IMG/VR virus record: IMGVR_UViG_3300014208_000048
Location: 1-58,239 of that record
Direction: 5' to 3' (one strand)
DNA length: 58,239 nucleotides
From: a virus
Taxonomy: Duplodnaviria > Caudoviricetes
Numbering within the stretch: position 1 is the stretch's first letter; each line of letters starts with the position of its first letter. The translations under genes were made by a program, and so were the position numbers. A model generated the notes under the pieces. The model made no database searches and was not told the DNA's origin. It worked only from the letters and a program-made list of their open reading frames with translations. Below are positions 38,604 through 47,583 of the stretch, in pieces.

Positions 38604-39469
38604 TGGGGCCGGTAATAATTACCGACGATCTCAGCGCGAAGAGACGATACACGGTGAAGATTATCGATGAAGACTTGACAAGAAAGCTTTTGAGGCTCTC
38701 CGACGACTACACATTGGGGACAGCCATAGGCAAATACACGGGACAGTTCCTTCGCGACTACAAGTCAAAGGGTTACATTGACATGATACGTGCAGCGCTG
38801 AAGGTGTTCGATGATATCAAGAAGATGCCGGTGAAAGCTATTACAGGGGCCGAGCTAGAATGGCGGCTGAGGATACGCAGCGGGCGAGTGAGCCCACAGA
38901 CAGATCATCGATACCACCTTGCAATATACTACTTCTTTGAGTATCTACGTAGACGTGAGCTCGTCGTGTATAATTATGTGAGGTTCCCGGGTGTCTTCAA
39001 ACCACTTGTGGCACGAGCCCTTGATCCGGAACAACTTGACATTCTCTTCAAAACTCTCCCAGAGGGCAAACTTCGAGATGCGTGTCTCATCGTTTATCAT
39101 ACTGGGATGAAATTGGAAGAGTTAAACAGCATCGTCAGGTATTCATACGCAACAGAGCAGCTCATACTTCCGCATCGCAGAGTGAAGATCTCAAAACTCA
39201 TGGTAGGAAAGGTTGAGCACTGTCCTAGGTTTAGGTTGACAAGGCTTAGAGATGATCTCCGGGCTGCAGTCAAAGACCTGGACTTCGAGGTTTCCTTCTC
39301 TAGGATACGCTTAGCCTTCGTTAGGAGGGCCGTAGAAGAGGGGATACCCAAAGAGCTGATCCGCAGACAGCTTGGATTGTCATACACTTTCAACGTCACG
39401 CAGCTCATCTACAAAGCAGTAGGCAAAAAGACACTTCTTACGAGTAATTACACAGACTACGCTTCATAA
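38603..39469 (+). CDS. Tyrosine recombinase-fold protein with degenerate active site
   Basis: YFFEYL core-binding domain; YHTGMKLEEL (R to K), FSRIRLAF (no H of HxxR), QLGLSY (no H), TQLIY. Confidence 0.75.
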   Translation: MGPVIITDDLSAKRRYTVKIIDEDLTRKLLRLSDDYTLGTAIGKYTGQFLRDYKSKGYIDMIRAALKVFDDIKKMPVKAITGAELEWRLRIRSGRVSPQTDHRYHLAIYYFFEYLRRRELVVYNYVRFPGVFKPLVARALDPEQLDILFKTLPEGKLRDACLIVYHTGMKLEELNSIVRYSYATEQLILPHRRVKISKLMVGKVEHCPRFRLTRLRDDLRAAVKDLDFEVSFSRIRLAFVRRAVEEGIPKELIRRQLGLSYTFNVTQLIYKAVGKKTLLTSNYTDYAS

Positions 39470-39474
39470 ATTTG

Positions 39475-39513
39475 AAAGCAGGGCCTCTTATTTTTTCAAG
39501 GGGTCCTGCTTTT
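39475..39513 (+). terminator. Intrinsic terminator ending the left-hand operons
   Basis: AAAGCAGGGCCTCTT...AAGGGGTCCTGCTTTT. Confidence 0.75.
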
Positions 39514-39940
39514 GAGTATTATCGGTAATTATTTCCGATTAATTTCCTCTCTCTATAATAATCAAACAAATAAGATCCCCCGAATTTGATTCTGACTTCG
39601 TTTTTTTGCCAGGAATTGAATGGCATACCTCCATCGAAAATAATCCAAAAAACTATATCATCAAGAAGTAAAAATCCCGGTTTAGATCTGACGTATTTTT
39701 ATACAGTAGGGAAGCAGCGGACTTTTCCCTCCTGTTCCCCTTTTGCAATATTGGGAATAAACATGGGCTATTTCCTATTAATGACAAAATAGTATGTTGC
39801 TATAATATAACATTATAGCAATGATGCTATGTATACCGTATAGATGCAGCATTACGAAAACTCGTAAGATTGCATAAAATGTATAGTATATATGTTTTAA
39901 TAACGGCTAGGGGAGAACGGAGTAAAAACAATTACGTTCA

Positions 39941-40016
39941 TACCTACAATATTAAGACATATCTCTACCTACAGCATTAAAGATACATTTTTACCTACAG
40001 CATTAAGATACATTTA
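39941..40016 (+). repeat. Three tandem 25-26 bp repeats
   Basis: TACCTACA(AT/GC)ATTAA(A)GA... at 39941, 39966, 39992. Confidence 0.85.
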
Positions 40017-40139
40017 TACGGTCATACTATTAAACACGATCAAGAAAAAACATTCTGGGAACATACCTACGTTCTCTTTTCTTCTCTCTTTCCCCTATAG
40101 GATAACAACCTTTTTTCTTTTGCGGGCTCAATTAATAGC

Positions 40140-40168
40140 TTGACAATGTATAAATAATTGACTATATT
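40140..40168 (+). promoter_or_regulatory. Sigma70-type promoter
   Basis: TTGACA-N17-TATATT. Confidence 0.7.
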
Positions 40169-40209
40169 TATAGTATCAATTAATCACTAAACAAAAGGAA
40201 AGAAAAATC

Positions 40210-40365
40210 ATGAAGTATACATTCAAAGTATTTTATCCCGTCCTTATCTTTGTTTCTCTGTTTATCTTCTCTATGTATCTTATATCTATCTTTGGCGCTG
40301 TAGTTTTTCCTTTTATGATTTTTTTACTGTATTATATGGACTATTTTTTTAGTCTAATTAATTGA
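40210..40365 (+). CDS. 51-aa hydrophobic membrane protein (not in ORF track)
   Basis: AAGGA RBS; MKYTFKVFYPVLIFVSLFIFSMYLISIFGAVVFPFMIFLLYYMDYFFSLIN. Confidence 0.55.
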   Translation: MKYTFKVFYPVLIFVSLFIFSMYLISIFGAVVFPFMIFLLYYMDYFFSLIN

Positions 40366-40390
40366 CAAACAACAATATATATGTTATATT
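40362..40390 (+). promoter_or_regulatory. Sigma70-type promoter with extended -10
   Basis: TTGACA-N17-TATATT with TG just upstream of -10. Confidence 0.75.
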
Positions 40391-40473
40391 TATACATGCG
40401 ATTAAACAAATAATAACAAGCTGTATTTTCTAAACAAACGTGGGTATATACCCACAAGAAAGGATTAATCATC

Positions 40474-41262
40474 ATGGAATCAAAATATTTCACTTCGGGA
40501 TACGCAGAGCTGGAAAAAAGTATTTCTAAGCTATTCGCTTCTCTCTCTTCTCTCACTGGTAAGAACGATAAAGCACTGGCGGGCTTAGACGCTGAACGTG
40601 ACGCCTTCATTGAAAAGAATGAAGCGAAAAAAACATTGACATTGAAAAACTTTAAAATTTCATCGTCGGAAATTTCCTACTTTATCGGTTCCGCTTTGAA
40701 GGATGCGAGAGAACGGGATAAAACCAAAGATGCTAGCGATTACCGTTTAATGCTGGTAAAGCTGGCAATTTCAGAAGGACAAGCAAAGGAAAAAATCAGA
40801 TTTTTCAACGTATGGCAAGATGAAGTTCTAAATAACGCAAATTTCTTTCGTGAAACAAATATTGATTTTTCGATCATTGAACGATTGGGGAAAGTTAAGG
40901 ACAGTGACCAAAGGAATGCGCTTGTTGATTATGTTTCCGAAAATCCGATCACGGCGGAAACGGCAAGAAAAATAAACCCGGCTATTGACGAATTGAATGA
41001 CAAGGGTATAACGTATACGATCGACGAAATTGTAAGCCTTGCCGGAAATCTTGCGAAAGAGAAACCCGCTCCATCGAAAAAACACACAGACGGAACGGAC
41101 ACCAAAAGGGTCACTGTTGAGAATGCTAAACAATACGAAACATTTTTCCTTTCCTTCTCTGCCGTATACAATGAAATGACGGGAAAGGCACTTGAAGTAA
41201 AAAACTATACCGGTGACGACGTGAAAGCTATCTTGCATTCAATGGAAGTAGTGCCGGCGTAA
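40474..41262 (+). CDS. Helical protein, possibly DNA-binding (DUF3102-like pattern)
   Basis: Own promoter and terminator; YFIGSALKDARE...ISEGQAKEKIRF. Confidence 0.6.
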   Translation: MESKYFTSGYAELEKSISKLFASLSSLTGKNDKALAGLDAERDAFIEKNEAKKTLTLKNFKISSSEISYFIGSALKDARERDKTKDASDYRLMLVKLAISEGQAKEKIRFFNVWQDEVLNNANFFRETNIDFSIIERLGKVKDSDQRNALVDYVSENPITAETARKINPAIDELNDKGITYTIDEIVSLAGNLAKEKPAPSKKHTDGTDTKRVTVENAKQYETFFLSFSAVYNEMTGKALEVKNYTGDDVKAILHSMEVVPA

Positions 41263-41280
41263 TTCGATCAAAATAGGCAG

Positions 41281-41314
41281 AAAAAAGAGGAATCTGGCAA
41301 ATTCCTCTTTTTTT
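41281..41314 (+). terminator. Intrinsic terminator
   Basis: AAAAAAGAGGAAT-loop-ATTCCTCTTTTTTT. Confidence 0.85.
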
Positions 41315-41565
41315 GCGCCCTTTCTATATAGCGTATATACTACTGTATTAGTATGTGCGCGGGCTCAATTACTAATTGGCGATTGATTTTTTCAAAATTT
41401 GCCAGAGAATATTCCGAATTCTGGAAAATGAAATCGTAGGCATGTGCCTACAAAACAGTAGTCTGGTCCGCTTGCCTTGTGAGAGACTTGCGGGCCCAAT
41501 TCAAAACTGCGGTCAACCGCATATTCAAAAATGCAAACGTAGGCATGTGCCCACAAGGAGACGTT

Positions 41566-41847
41566 ATGTGTCACCATCTTAGAATAAATCATCTTTGGAA
41601 GCAGTATCAGGCCGGAGTGATTACGCTGGAGCAGCTCCACAGAGGGATTAAGAAGGAAATTAATCTCATGGGATCAAAGACACTCGGCTTAGCGGTTCCG
41701 GACTGGGGCGCTCATCACATCCGCGTATTCCAGAATCGGAGCGACAAAGAGGGGATCCTTCTCTTCTGCCTTAGAGTCATTTACGGCGTCCGCGAATATT
41801 TTACGAGCTCAATCACAAATCGTAGGCATGTGCCTGCAAGGAGTTAA
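41566..41847 (+). CDS. Hypothetical protein (palindrome-led)
   Basis: Palindrome + AGGAG + ATG 41566. Confidence 0.6.
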   Translation: MCHHLRINHLWKQYQAGVITLEQLHRGIKKEINLMGSKTLGLAVPDWGAHHIRVFQNRSDKEGILLFCLRVIYGVREYFTSSITNRRHVPARS

Positions 41848-41848
41848 G

Positions 41849-42145
41849 GTGTTCAACATCGTGAAAATACACGCGGACCTGTCCAGCGAATTAAGAAATG
41901 TCGATAGCCAGTATAAAAATGGATTCATTACGGCGCACGAGCACGTAGTCAAATCATATAACGCTATCGCATTCGTAGCGTTCCGGAATAAACCTGCCGG
42001 ACTTACGGCGGACGTTATGCCTATCGTAGATCGACTGCACGCTGGAGCGGGCGGGGCGCTTCCTACCGATATGGACGATCTGCGGACTCTCGCCGCAGTA
42101 GAGCTGGTGTATCGCGAGTCATACGTTATGGCGATGCAGGAATAA
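41849..42145 (+). CDS. Hypothetical protein (palindrome-led)
   Basis: Palindrome + AGGAG + GTG 41849. Confidence 0.6.
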   Translation: MFNIVKIHADLSSELRNVDSQYKNGFITAHEHVVKSYNAIAFVAFRNKPAGLTADVMPIVDRLHAGAGGALPTDMDDLRTLAAVELVYRESYVMAMQE

Positions 42146-42231
42146 TCGCGGGATAATATTCAAAAATTTGCCATCGAAAATCACGAATTCTTAAAATTAA
42201 ATGTGGGCATGTGCCTACAGGAGTATTGAAA

Positions 42232-42507
42232 ATGGAAGTCTCTCGATGTATAGCTGTATCGCTCGACGACGTATCGGCGGGCCTCGCCATCGTAGGCGAG
42301 TCAATGGACTCTGAAATATCTGGAGCTGTTGGCTCACGAAACATAGATCAGCGGTGGGTAGTAGTGAAGAAGTGTGGCGCGGGCTACACTGTAACCGGAC
42401 GGACCGGACGACAATTCGAGTTCTTCTACGACATGGAATCAAAACTCGCAATCGCCGTGGTGATAGCGGAGTTCCTTGGAATAGTAAAAATTGCGGAGGC
42501 GGTATGA
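42232..42507 (+). CDS. Hypothetical protein (palindrome-led)
   Basis: Palindrome + AGGAG + ATG 42232. Confidence 0.6.
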   Translation: MEVSRCIAVSLDDVSAGLAIVGESMDSEISGAVGSRNIDQRWVVVKKCGAGYTVTGRTGRQFEFFYDMESKLAIAVVIAEFLGIVKIAEAV

Positions 42508-42791
42508 GTGGCGATAATGCAAAGTCATTCTCTTATATGGACAAAATCTCAAAGCGAACATTCGTCAATAGCTTAGATTGGCTCCTACGCAGGCGGCGGA
42601 AGGTAGACATATCAAGCATTACGGTGCGGCGACTCGCCGGCGGCGGGGGGATGCTGTTGGCAGCGTTCGTAGACGGCGCAGTATTTTACGCGGAGTTTCA
42701 GAGTTACTCCGCTATGACCAAATTCATATCGAGGAGGGTGTTCTTCGGTGTAACGATTCTACACCTTCCACACGAGAATCAAATCACTTGA
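42504..42791 (+). CDS. Hypothetical protein, paralog of 47565..47837
   Basis: GGAGG RBS; shared LxWLxRRxRKV...DGxVFxAxFxSY. Confidence 0.7.
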   Translation: MSGDNAKSFSYMDKISKRTFVNSLDWLLRRRRKVDISSITVRRLAGGGGMLLAAFVDGAVFYAEFQSYSAMTKFISRRVFFGVTILHLPHENQIT

Positions 42792-42868
42792 CAACATTCA
42801 AAATCATTGACGTAAATTCACATTTTCCAAAAAACAAATCGTAGGCATGTGCCTACAAGGAGGTTAAA

Positions 42869-43162
42869 ATGAAATGCTATTCACCAATTCCCGACCATAT
42901 GTATCAAGTCTTTATGAGGCGTCCCGGACAAAAACAGTTCGAGCATTGCGAGTATGTTCGATCAAAACAGGAACTCACCACCGTTATCACCGACTACCGG
43001 TCGGCGTATCCGGAGGTTGAATTCAAATTCAAAGAATTCCCGAAGAAGTATCATCCGACGGAACCCGTGACTCTCTCGGAACAGATTATGTCGGTCCGTC
43101 CACTCAGGATGGATGCAGCACAACGCCGGCCTTCAATGTATCATGTTGCTGTAGCTGCATAG
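42869..43162 (+). CDS. Hypothetical protein (palindrome-led)
   Basis: Palindrome + AGGAGG + ATG. Confidence 0.65.
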   Translation: MKCYSPIPDHMYQVFMRRPGQKQFEHCEYVRSKQELTTVITDYRSAYPEVEFKFKEFPKKYHPTEPVTLSEQIMSVRPLRMDAAQRRPSMYHVAVAA

Positions 43163-43241
43163 GTGTATCGCCCGTGGTTATGGTAGCATAATCGCGGGCT
43201 CAAAGCTTCAAAAATTCACAAAAACAAACAGGAGATCTGAA

Positions 43242-43730
43242 ATGTATTTTCCACTTAGCGCTACAGGCATAAGGCGCGCAGTAGACACGTCTGTCGAAAT
43301 AATTAATAAGCTTGGGATCGAAGACAAATTCGACACTATTGTTGTGAGGGGCGCATCCGGAATTCTGATCGCAGGCGCTCTTGCGGTGGCTACCGATAAG
43401 TGCATAGCTATCGTCAGGAAGGCAAATGATTCCACCCACTCCCGGGGCCCGATAACCAGTAACTCTATAATCGGCAAGTTTATTGTCCTCGACGACTTCG
43501 TAGACACGGGGGCGACCATGAGCGCCATATTCAGCGAGTTAGAACAGGTGGGACATTTTCGGGAGGATTGTGTGGCCGTCATCCTTTACTCTGACGAGAG
43601 CGACATATTCGCAAAGCGCCACACGATATACTACGATCCGGACCGCTATGTTCCAATGTCGAAATTTCACGACGCATTTTCATTTAACATTAACCAGCAG
43701 GCACATGCCTACACAATAGAAAGAGATTAA
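43242..43730 (+). CDS. Type I phosphoribosyltransferase-like protein
   Basis: IVVRGASG, AIVRK, PRPP-binding FIVLDDFVDTGATM. Confidence 0.85.
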   Translation: MYFPLSATGIRRAVDTSVEIINKLGIEDKFDTIVVRGASGILIAGALAVATDKCIAIVRKANDSTHSRGPITSNSIIGKFIVLDDFVDTGATMSAIFSELEQVGHFREDCVAVILYSDESDIFAKRHTIYYDPDRYVPMSKFHDAFSFNINQQAHAYTIERD

Positions 43731-43731
43731 C

Positions 43732-43995
43732 ATGAAAGCAAAGACAGGATTCATCGCATCACTCGCGGGCCTCATGCTCGGATATCGAAACTCTCGGTCG
43801 GTAGACACTCAGAAACCACAGCACGAACCACATGCAAACCGGCTCGTCTCGCTGGCGAAACATCTTCAATACAAGAGTAATGCTCGGCGGTCTCGCATCT
43901 TGGACCGGCTCACCAAGAATCGGGCAGCTCGGCGGAAATTCGAACCAATCGAGGTAAATCGCGTGGACTTATTCAAAAGAGTGAAACTTTATTAA
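43732..43995 (+). CDS. Hypothetical basic protein
   Basis: Palindrome 19 nt upstream. Confidence 0.55.
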   Translation: MKAKTGFIASLAGLMLGYRNSRSVDTQKPQHEPHANRLVSLAKHLQYKSNARRSRILDRLTKNRAARRKFEPIEVNRVDLFKRVKLY

Positions 43996-44016
43996 CCAAA
44001 TCCGAGGATTGAAATC

Positions 44017-44250
44017 ATGGCAAAGAGCAAATATTACGTCCCGAGACTAGAGGTCCACCTCGTCACCATTACAGTTATCGCAGAAAGCGTCGATGAGGCA
44101 ATCGAGCTTGTGAGGGCCGGCGAAGGCGAAGAGCAATCTGCCTGCGAGTTTATGAATAACTTCCACGAATACGGCCCAGACGATATTGTCCGGCATGAGA
44201 AGAATGCCTCAATCCTCATTGATGGGGTCACAAAGGGGGAGGGCGTATGA
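44017..44250 (+). CDS. Hypothetical protein
   Basis: GAGG RBS; VIAESVDEAIELV motif. Confidence 0.6.
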   Translation: MAKSKYYVPRLEVHLVTITVIAESVDEAIELVRAGEGEEQSACEFMNNFHEYGPDDIVRHEKNASILIDGVTKGEGV

Positions 44251-44459
44251 GCGGGACGAAGAGCTTCATGACTCAAGTTGAAGACGTGAAAGTATCCGGC
44301 GGAGAACTATTTTTTGGCTGTGGCGTGAGCATAAACGTCTACGTCACCAGCGACGGGCGGTATGACTTATACGTGTTCGACTTGCTGAAAGTTCGGCACG
44401 CTCAGCTTGGAGTCAGAGAGTCGGTTTTAGCTGATACGATCATTGCACTCGCGACATAG
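44247..44459 (+). CDS. Hypothetical protein
   Basis: GGAGG RBS, ATGA overlap. Confidence 0.55.
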   Translation: MSGTKSFMTQVEDVKVSGGELFFGCGVSINVYVTSDGRYDLYVFDLLKVRHAQLGVRESVLADTIIALAT

Positions 44460-44514
44460 CGCGGGTAGCGCCACACACGACGGAGGTAGCCATGAAAAAC
44501 TACTAAGTAGTATT

Positions 44515-44648
44515 GCCCTCAAGTGCCTTGCGGTGCTTGCGGGCGCAAACCCTGTAGCTTCGTATTAGACGAGCCGCGAGTAAACATAGCGAAAGCGAAT
44601 GTGAAGCGGTGGAGCCGGTGTGAGTCCGGCGAATCGTGGGCTACAGGG
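44515..44648 (+). ncRNA. Candidate structured RNA (hairpin plus three-way junction with T-loop-like hairpin)
   Basis: CCCTGTAGC/GCTACAGGG closing stem; GCCGC/GCGGT arm capped by GC-GAAA-GC; GCCGG-TGTGAGT-CCGGC. Confidence 0.5.
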
Positions 44649-44672
44649 ATAATATTAAAAAAAAGGAGTAGT

Positions 44673-44975
44673 ATGCCGGCATACATGTATTCAATAACTA
44701 TAAACAGAAGCCCAAAAAGTGTTTTCTATCACAGGTCGGTAAAGCTGGAGGACGGCACTCTCAGTCTTAGGGTGTTACGTGAAATCGTCACCGAAGACGA
44801 AGTTTTCTCGGTAGCAGAACGGGATGGCGACTCTCAGTTCGAGGTAGTCTATACGCTGGAAATCGACGGCTGGAGGATGGAAACCGAGGAAGAGGTGTCT
44901 TATCGCGTCGTCATGGAGGAGAGATACATGGAGGAATACCGAAAGAGGCATCCGTTGCGGTTCAAGCGAGATTAA
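44673..44975 (+). CDS. Hypothetical protein
   Basis: AAGGAG RBS before ATG 44673. Confidence 0.6.
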   Translation: MPAYMYSITINRSPKSVFYHRSVKLEDGTLSLRVLREIVTEDEVFSVAERDGDSQFEVVYTLEIDGWRMETEEEVSYRVVMEERYMEEYRKRHPLRFKRD

Positions 44976-45037
44976 AAACTGCGGTCGGCCGCATATTCAA
45001 AAATAAATAGTAGGCATGTGCCTACAAGGAGATCGAA

Positions 45038-45445
45038 ATGAGCGTCGAAGAAAGATTTTTTAATCACACAATGAACAATGGTAACGATAAAGATCTTCTC
45101 GCCTCTATTCTTAAAGGGGAGTTGATGGGGATCGTTGACGAGGAGTGTGGCGGGATTATTGCCTATACGCTTCCATCTGGATCGAAAATTGCCGGCATAC
45201 TACAGGGAATCGTCGAGCTGACCAGCCTCCTTAGAGAGAAGCGATCGGATATTTCCGATGCGCTACATAGACTCCTTGAGAACGGTGAGCTGGACACCAG
45301 CCTCATAGAACATCGGTTCATCTCTGCAAAAATTCCGGACGAGGGGATCACAGTCTACTACGACACGCTGACGACGCTACTGTCTTACGATACTCCGAGC
45401 GGTCAAGTGTTTGAGTGCGAAAATCACGAATACGCCGATAATTAG
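45038..45445 (+). CDS. Hypothetical protein (palindrome-led)
   Basis: Palindrome + AGGAG + ATG. Confidence 0.65.
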   Translation: MSVEERFFNHTMNNGNDKDLLASILKGELMGIVDEECGGIIAYTLPSGSKIAGILQGIVELTSLLREKRSDISDALHRLLENGELDTSLIEHRFISAKIPDEGITVYYDTLTTLLSYDTPSGQVFECENHEYADN

Positions 45446-45498
45446 CCGGAGGACGCAAAATGTCTTCCTTATTAAGAACGTAAACACTGGAGACTGTT

Positions 45499-45687
45499 AT
45501 GTATGTAATCAAATGTGTTGCAAATACTTATAGCCAATACGTCGGATGCTATGTTGCTAAAGCCGTCAGCGGCGGTAGTTACACTAGAAAAATATCTATG
45601 GCTCGAAAATATTCATCAATAGATGAGGCGGAGGGACATAAATGCGAAAATGAAATAGTTGTGTCATTAGAGTCTGAGGTAAACTAG
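45499..45687 (+). CDS. Hypothetical protein
   Basis: GGAG RBS. Confidence 0.55.
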   Translation: MYVIKCVANTYSQYVGCYVAKAVSGGSYTRKISMARKYSSIDEAEGHKCENEIVVSLESEVN

Positions 45688-45717
45688 GAATATTAACACA
45701 AAATAAGGAGGCGTAAA

Positions 45718-46020
45718 GTGAAGTATCCAATAGGTGTCGCCAAAAAATCATTCCACAGTCAGGTGAATCTCGACAACGGGATTACAAACAGCAAGCTCGG
45801 GGACTTCGATTACACGATGGAGCTCTTCCGAAACTTCGACGGATCCATGTTTATCGAATGGGATATTCCAAGGCTGGATCGGACCACCGATATCGGGCTC
45901 ACGTTTAGAGAGCAAAATATCCTCGATGGATACGACGGAGTATTTGAGCTACCATCTCAGGCAATAGAACTGTTGCGCGAAAACGGAATAATAGTATCCG
46001 AAGAATTCATCGAAGAATAA
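45718..46020 (+). CDS. Hypothetical phage protein
   Basis: AGGAGG RBS; IEWDI...IGL...YDGVFELP. Confidence 0.65.
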   Translation: MKYPIGVAKKSFHSQVNLDNGITNSKLGDFDYTMELFRNFDGSMFIEWDIPRLDRTTDIGLTFREQNILDGYDGVFELPSQAIELLRENGIIVSEEFIEE

Positions 46021-46052
46021 ATCGTAGGAACATGCCTACAGGAGAATAGCGA

Positions 46053-46301
46053 ATGAGTAAAAACGACATTATAAATCTAACGGGAACACTTTCTCTCGTC
46101 GAGCGCCGTGACGGGTTTTGGCTGTATGACAAAACGCGCGGTATGAATATAAGCATGAAAGCGAAGACTCAACAGGATGCCTTTGTAGAAGGGCTCGGAT
46201 ACTACCAGAGGCGGCTTACTGAAGTAGAGGCCGCTCACCGCGAACTCTCCGATAAGGTTGAGGCTTTCGTAGGACAATTCAAAGATGAGGACGACATCTA
46301 A
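46053..46301 (+). CDS. Hypothetical protein (palindrome-led)
   Basis: Palindrome + AGGAG + ATG. Confidence 0.65.
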   Translation: MSKNDIINLTGTLSLVERRDGFWLYDKTRGMNISMKAKTQQDAFVEGLGYYQRRLTEVEAAHRELSDKVEAFVGQFKDEDDI

Positions 46302-46342
46302 GGACTGGTATCACAAAAGAATAGAAGGAGATCAAAATAGAA

Positions 46343-46531
46343 ATGAGAACGTATGTCGGATTTTGCGAAACATCGGCTGGGTTTATGGTAAAGTCTTCAC
46401 CTTCCGAACTGTGGAAACGATTGACGCCGGGACAAAAACTTTTGTGGACGCTATACAAACAAGGCAAGATTCAGGCGAGTCAAACGGTGGTCGATTTACT
46501 TAACACCAAAGGAGGTCAAGATGCACATTAA
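46343..46531 (+). CDS. Hypothetical protein
   Basis: AAGGAG RBS. Confidence 0.45.
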   Translation: MRTYVGFCETSAGFMVKSSPSELWKRLTPGQKLLWTLYKQGKIQASQTVVDLLNTKGGQDAH

Positions 46532-46712
46532 TAAATGGATCTACGGATGGAAGTTCTACGTGAACTACGGGGCCGGGTGGGAGTATGAAACCTTCGAGGA
46601 GACCCGAAAGAAGATGATCGAGAATCGAAGGCAATATCGTGAAAACTGCCGCTTTCCACTCAAAATTTCAAGAGGCAGAGAGCTAAATCCGGAATACGAA
46701 AACCAAAATTAA
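46521..46712 (+). CDS. Hypothetical phage protein
   Basis: AGGAGG RBS; NYGAGWEY...YREN. Confidence 0.6.
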   Translation: MHINKWIYGWKFYVNYGAGWEYETFEETRKKMIENRRQYRENCRFPLKISRGRELNPEYENQN

Positions 46713-46717
46713 GGAAA

Positions 46718-47002
46718 TTGAAAATGGCAAAAGTAAAACACAATCCAGCGACAACGATCAAAGTGGGATCCTTCTTTATCGATCAAGCAGATCACCTTGT
46801 CTACATATTAGCTCAGGTTGGCGAGCGTCTCGTGTGTCTGGTTAGCTTGAGCGATGGGAATAGATATCGAGATGGATTTCTGGTGAAAGCCACCGACGCC
46901 ATTGAAATCGAGGAGATGGATATGATCGCCGGCAACGCGTCGATGCAGCCCATCTACTCCGGGCATATAACTATCAGCGTCACGAGTGACGGTGCAATAT
47001 GA
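46718..47002 (+). CDS. Hypothetical protein, paralog of the N-terminus of 46999..47583
   Basis: Shared (Y/F)ILA...CLxxLxxGNRxR. Confidence 0.65.
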   Translation: MKMAKVKHNPATTIKVGSFFIDQADHLVYILAQVGERLVCLVSLSDGNRYRDGFLVKATDAIEIEEMDMIAGNASMQPIYSGHITISVTSDGAI

Positions 47003-47583
47003 AAGCACACGTAAGAGAGATTACCTACAGCGGGGGGCAATACTTTGTATGCGACTCTACGGGCGACATCTTTATCCTTGCGACGCCAACATTCGGTAAT
47101 GAGGCGTGCCTTATCGCGCTCCGCAACGGAAACAGACTCCGCGAGTCAATCGTGGTGGAAGATAGGTTCAGTGTCAGCGCGCCGGAGATAGAAAAAATGT
47201 CCGGGCCGGTGAGCGTCCGCCCGATATCGAATAGCGATGCGAAAAGCTACATCGGGCAACCGGGGAAGCGAGACATCGGAGGCCCAAAACTGTTTCTCGT
47301 CACATACATCGTGACACGCAATGGAGAGGCGTCAAAAACCTTCGAGATCGTTAGGGTTGAATCCGGAAGTCGCCGCGAGCTTCTCGGTATAATAAAGGAC
47401 GGCATGGTAAACTTTTACGATGGGCGCTGGATACGCGAGGGCCTCGTCTTCTCATACCCAGACCTTAGTGCAGCCGTGCGGGTCAGCAGTAGCTTAGAAA
47501 TATCCGAGGAGGACGCCGCAGTCATAAGAAAACTAATCTTATGCACATACCTACAGGAGGACGCATGGCAACATTCTGGATAG
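46999..47583 (+). CDS. Two-domain hypothetical protein
   Basis: ATGA overlap; N-terminal paralogy to the previous gene. Confidence 0.65.
   Translation: MKAHVREITYSGGQYFVCDSTGDIFILATPTFGNEACLIALRNGNRLRESIVVEDRFSVSAPEIEKMSGPVSVRPISNSDAKSYIGQPGKRDIGGPKLFLVTYIVTRNGEASKTFEIVRVESGSRRELLGIIKDGMVNFYDGRWIREGLVFSYPDLSAAVRVSSSLEISEEDAAVIRKLILCTYLQEDAWQHSG

Noticed and set aside
39941-40016. Mini-CRISPR or guide-RNA array
   Set aside because: The three units are contiguous with no unique spacers.
44550-44648. Hammerhead ribozyme or true tRNA
   Set aside because: Junction reads TAGACGA/GGAG rather than CTGANGA/GAAA, and no acceptor stem follows the T-like arm.
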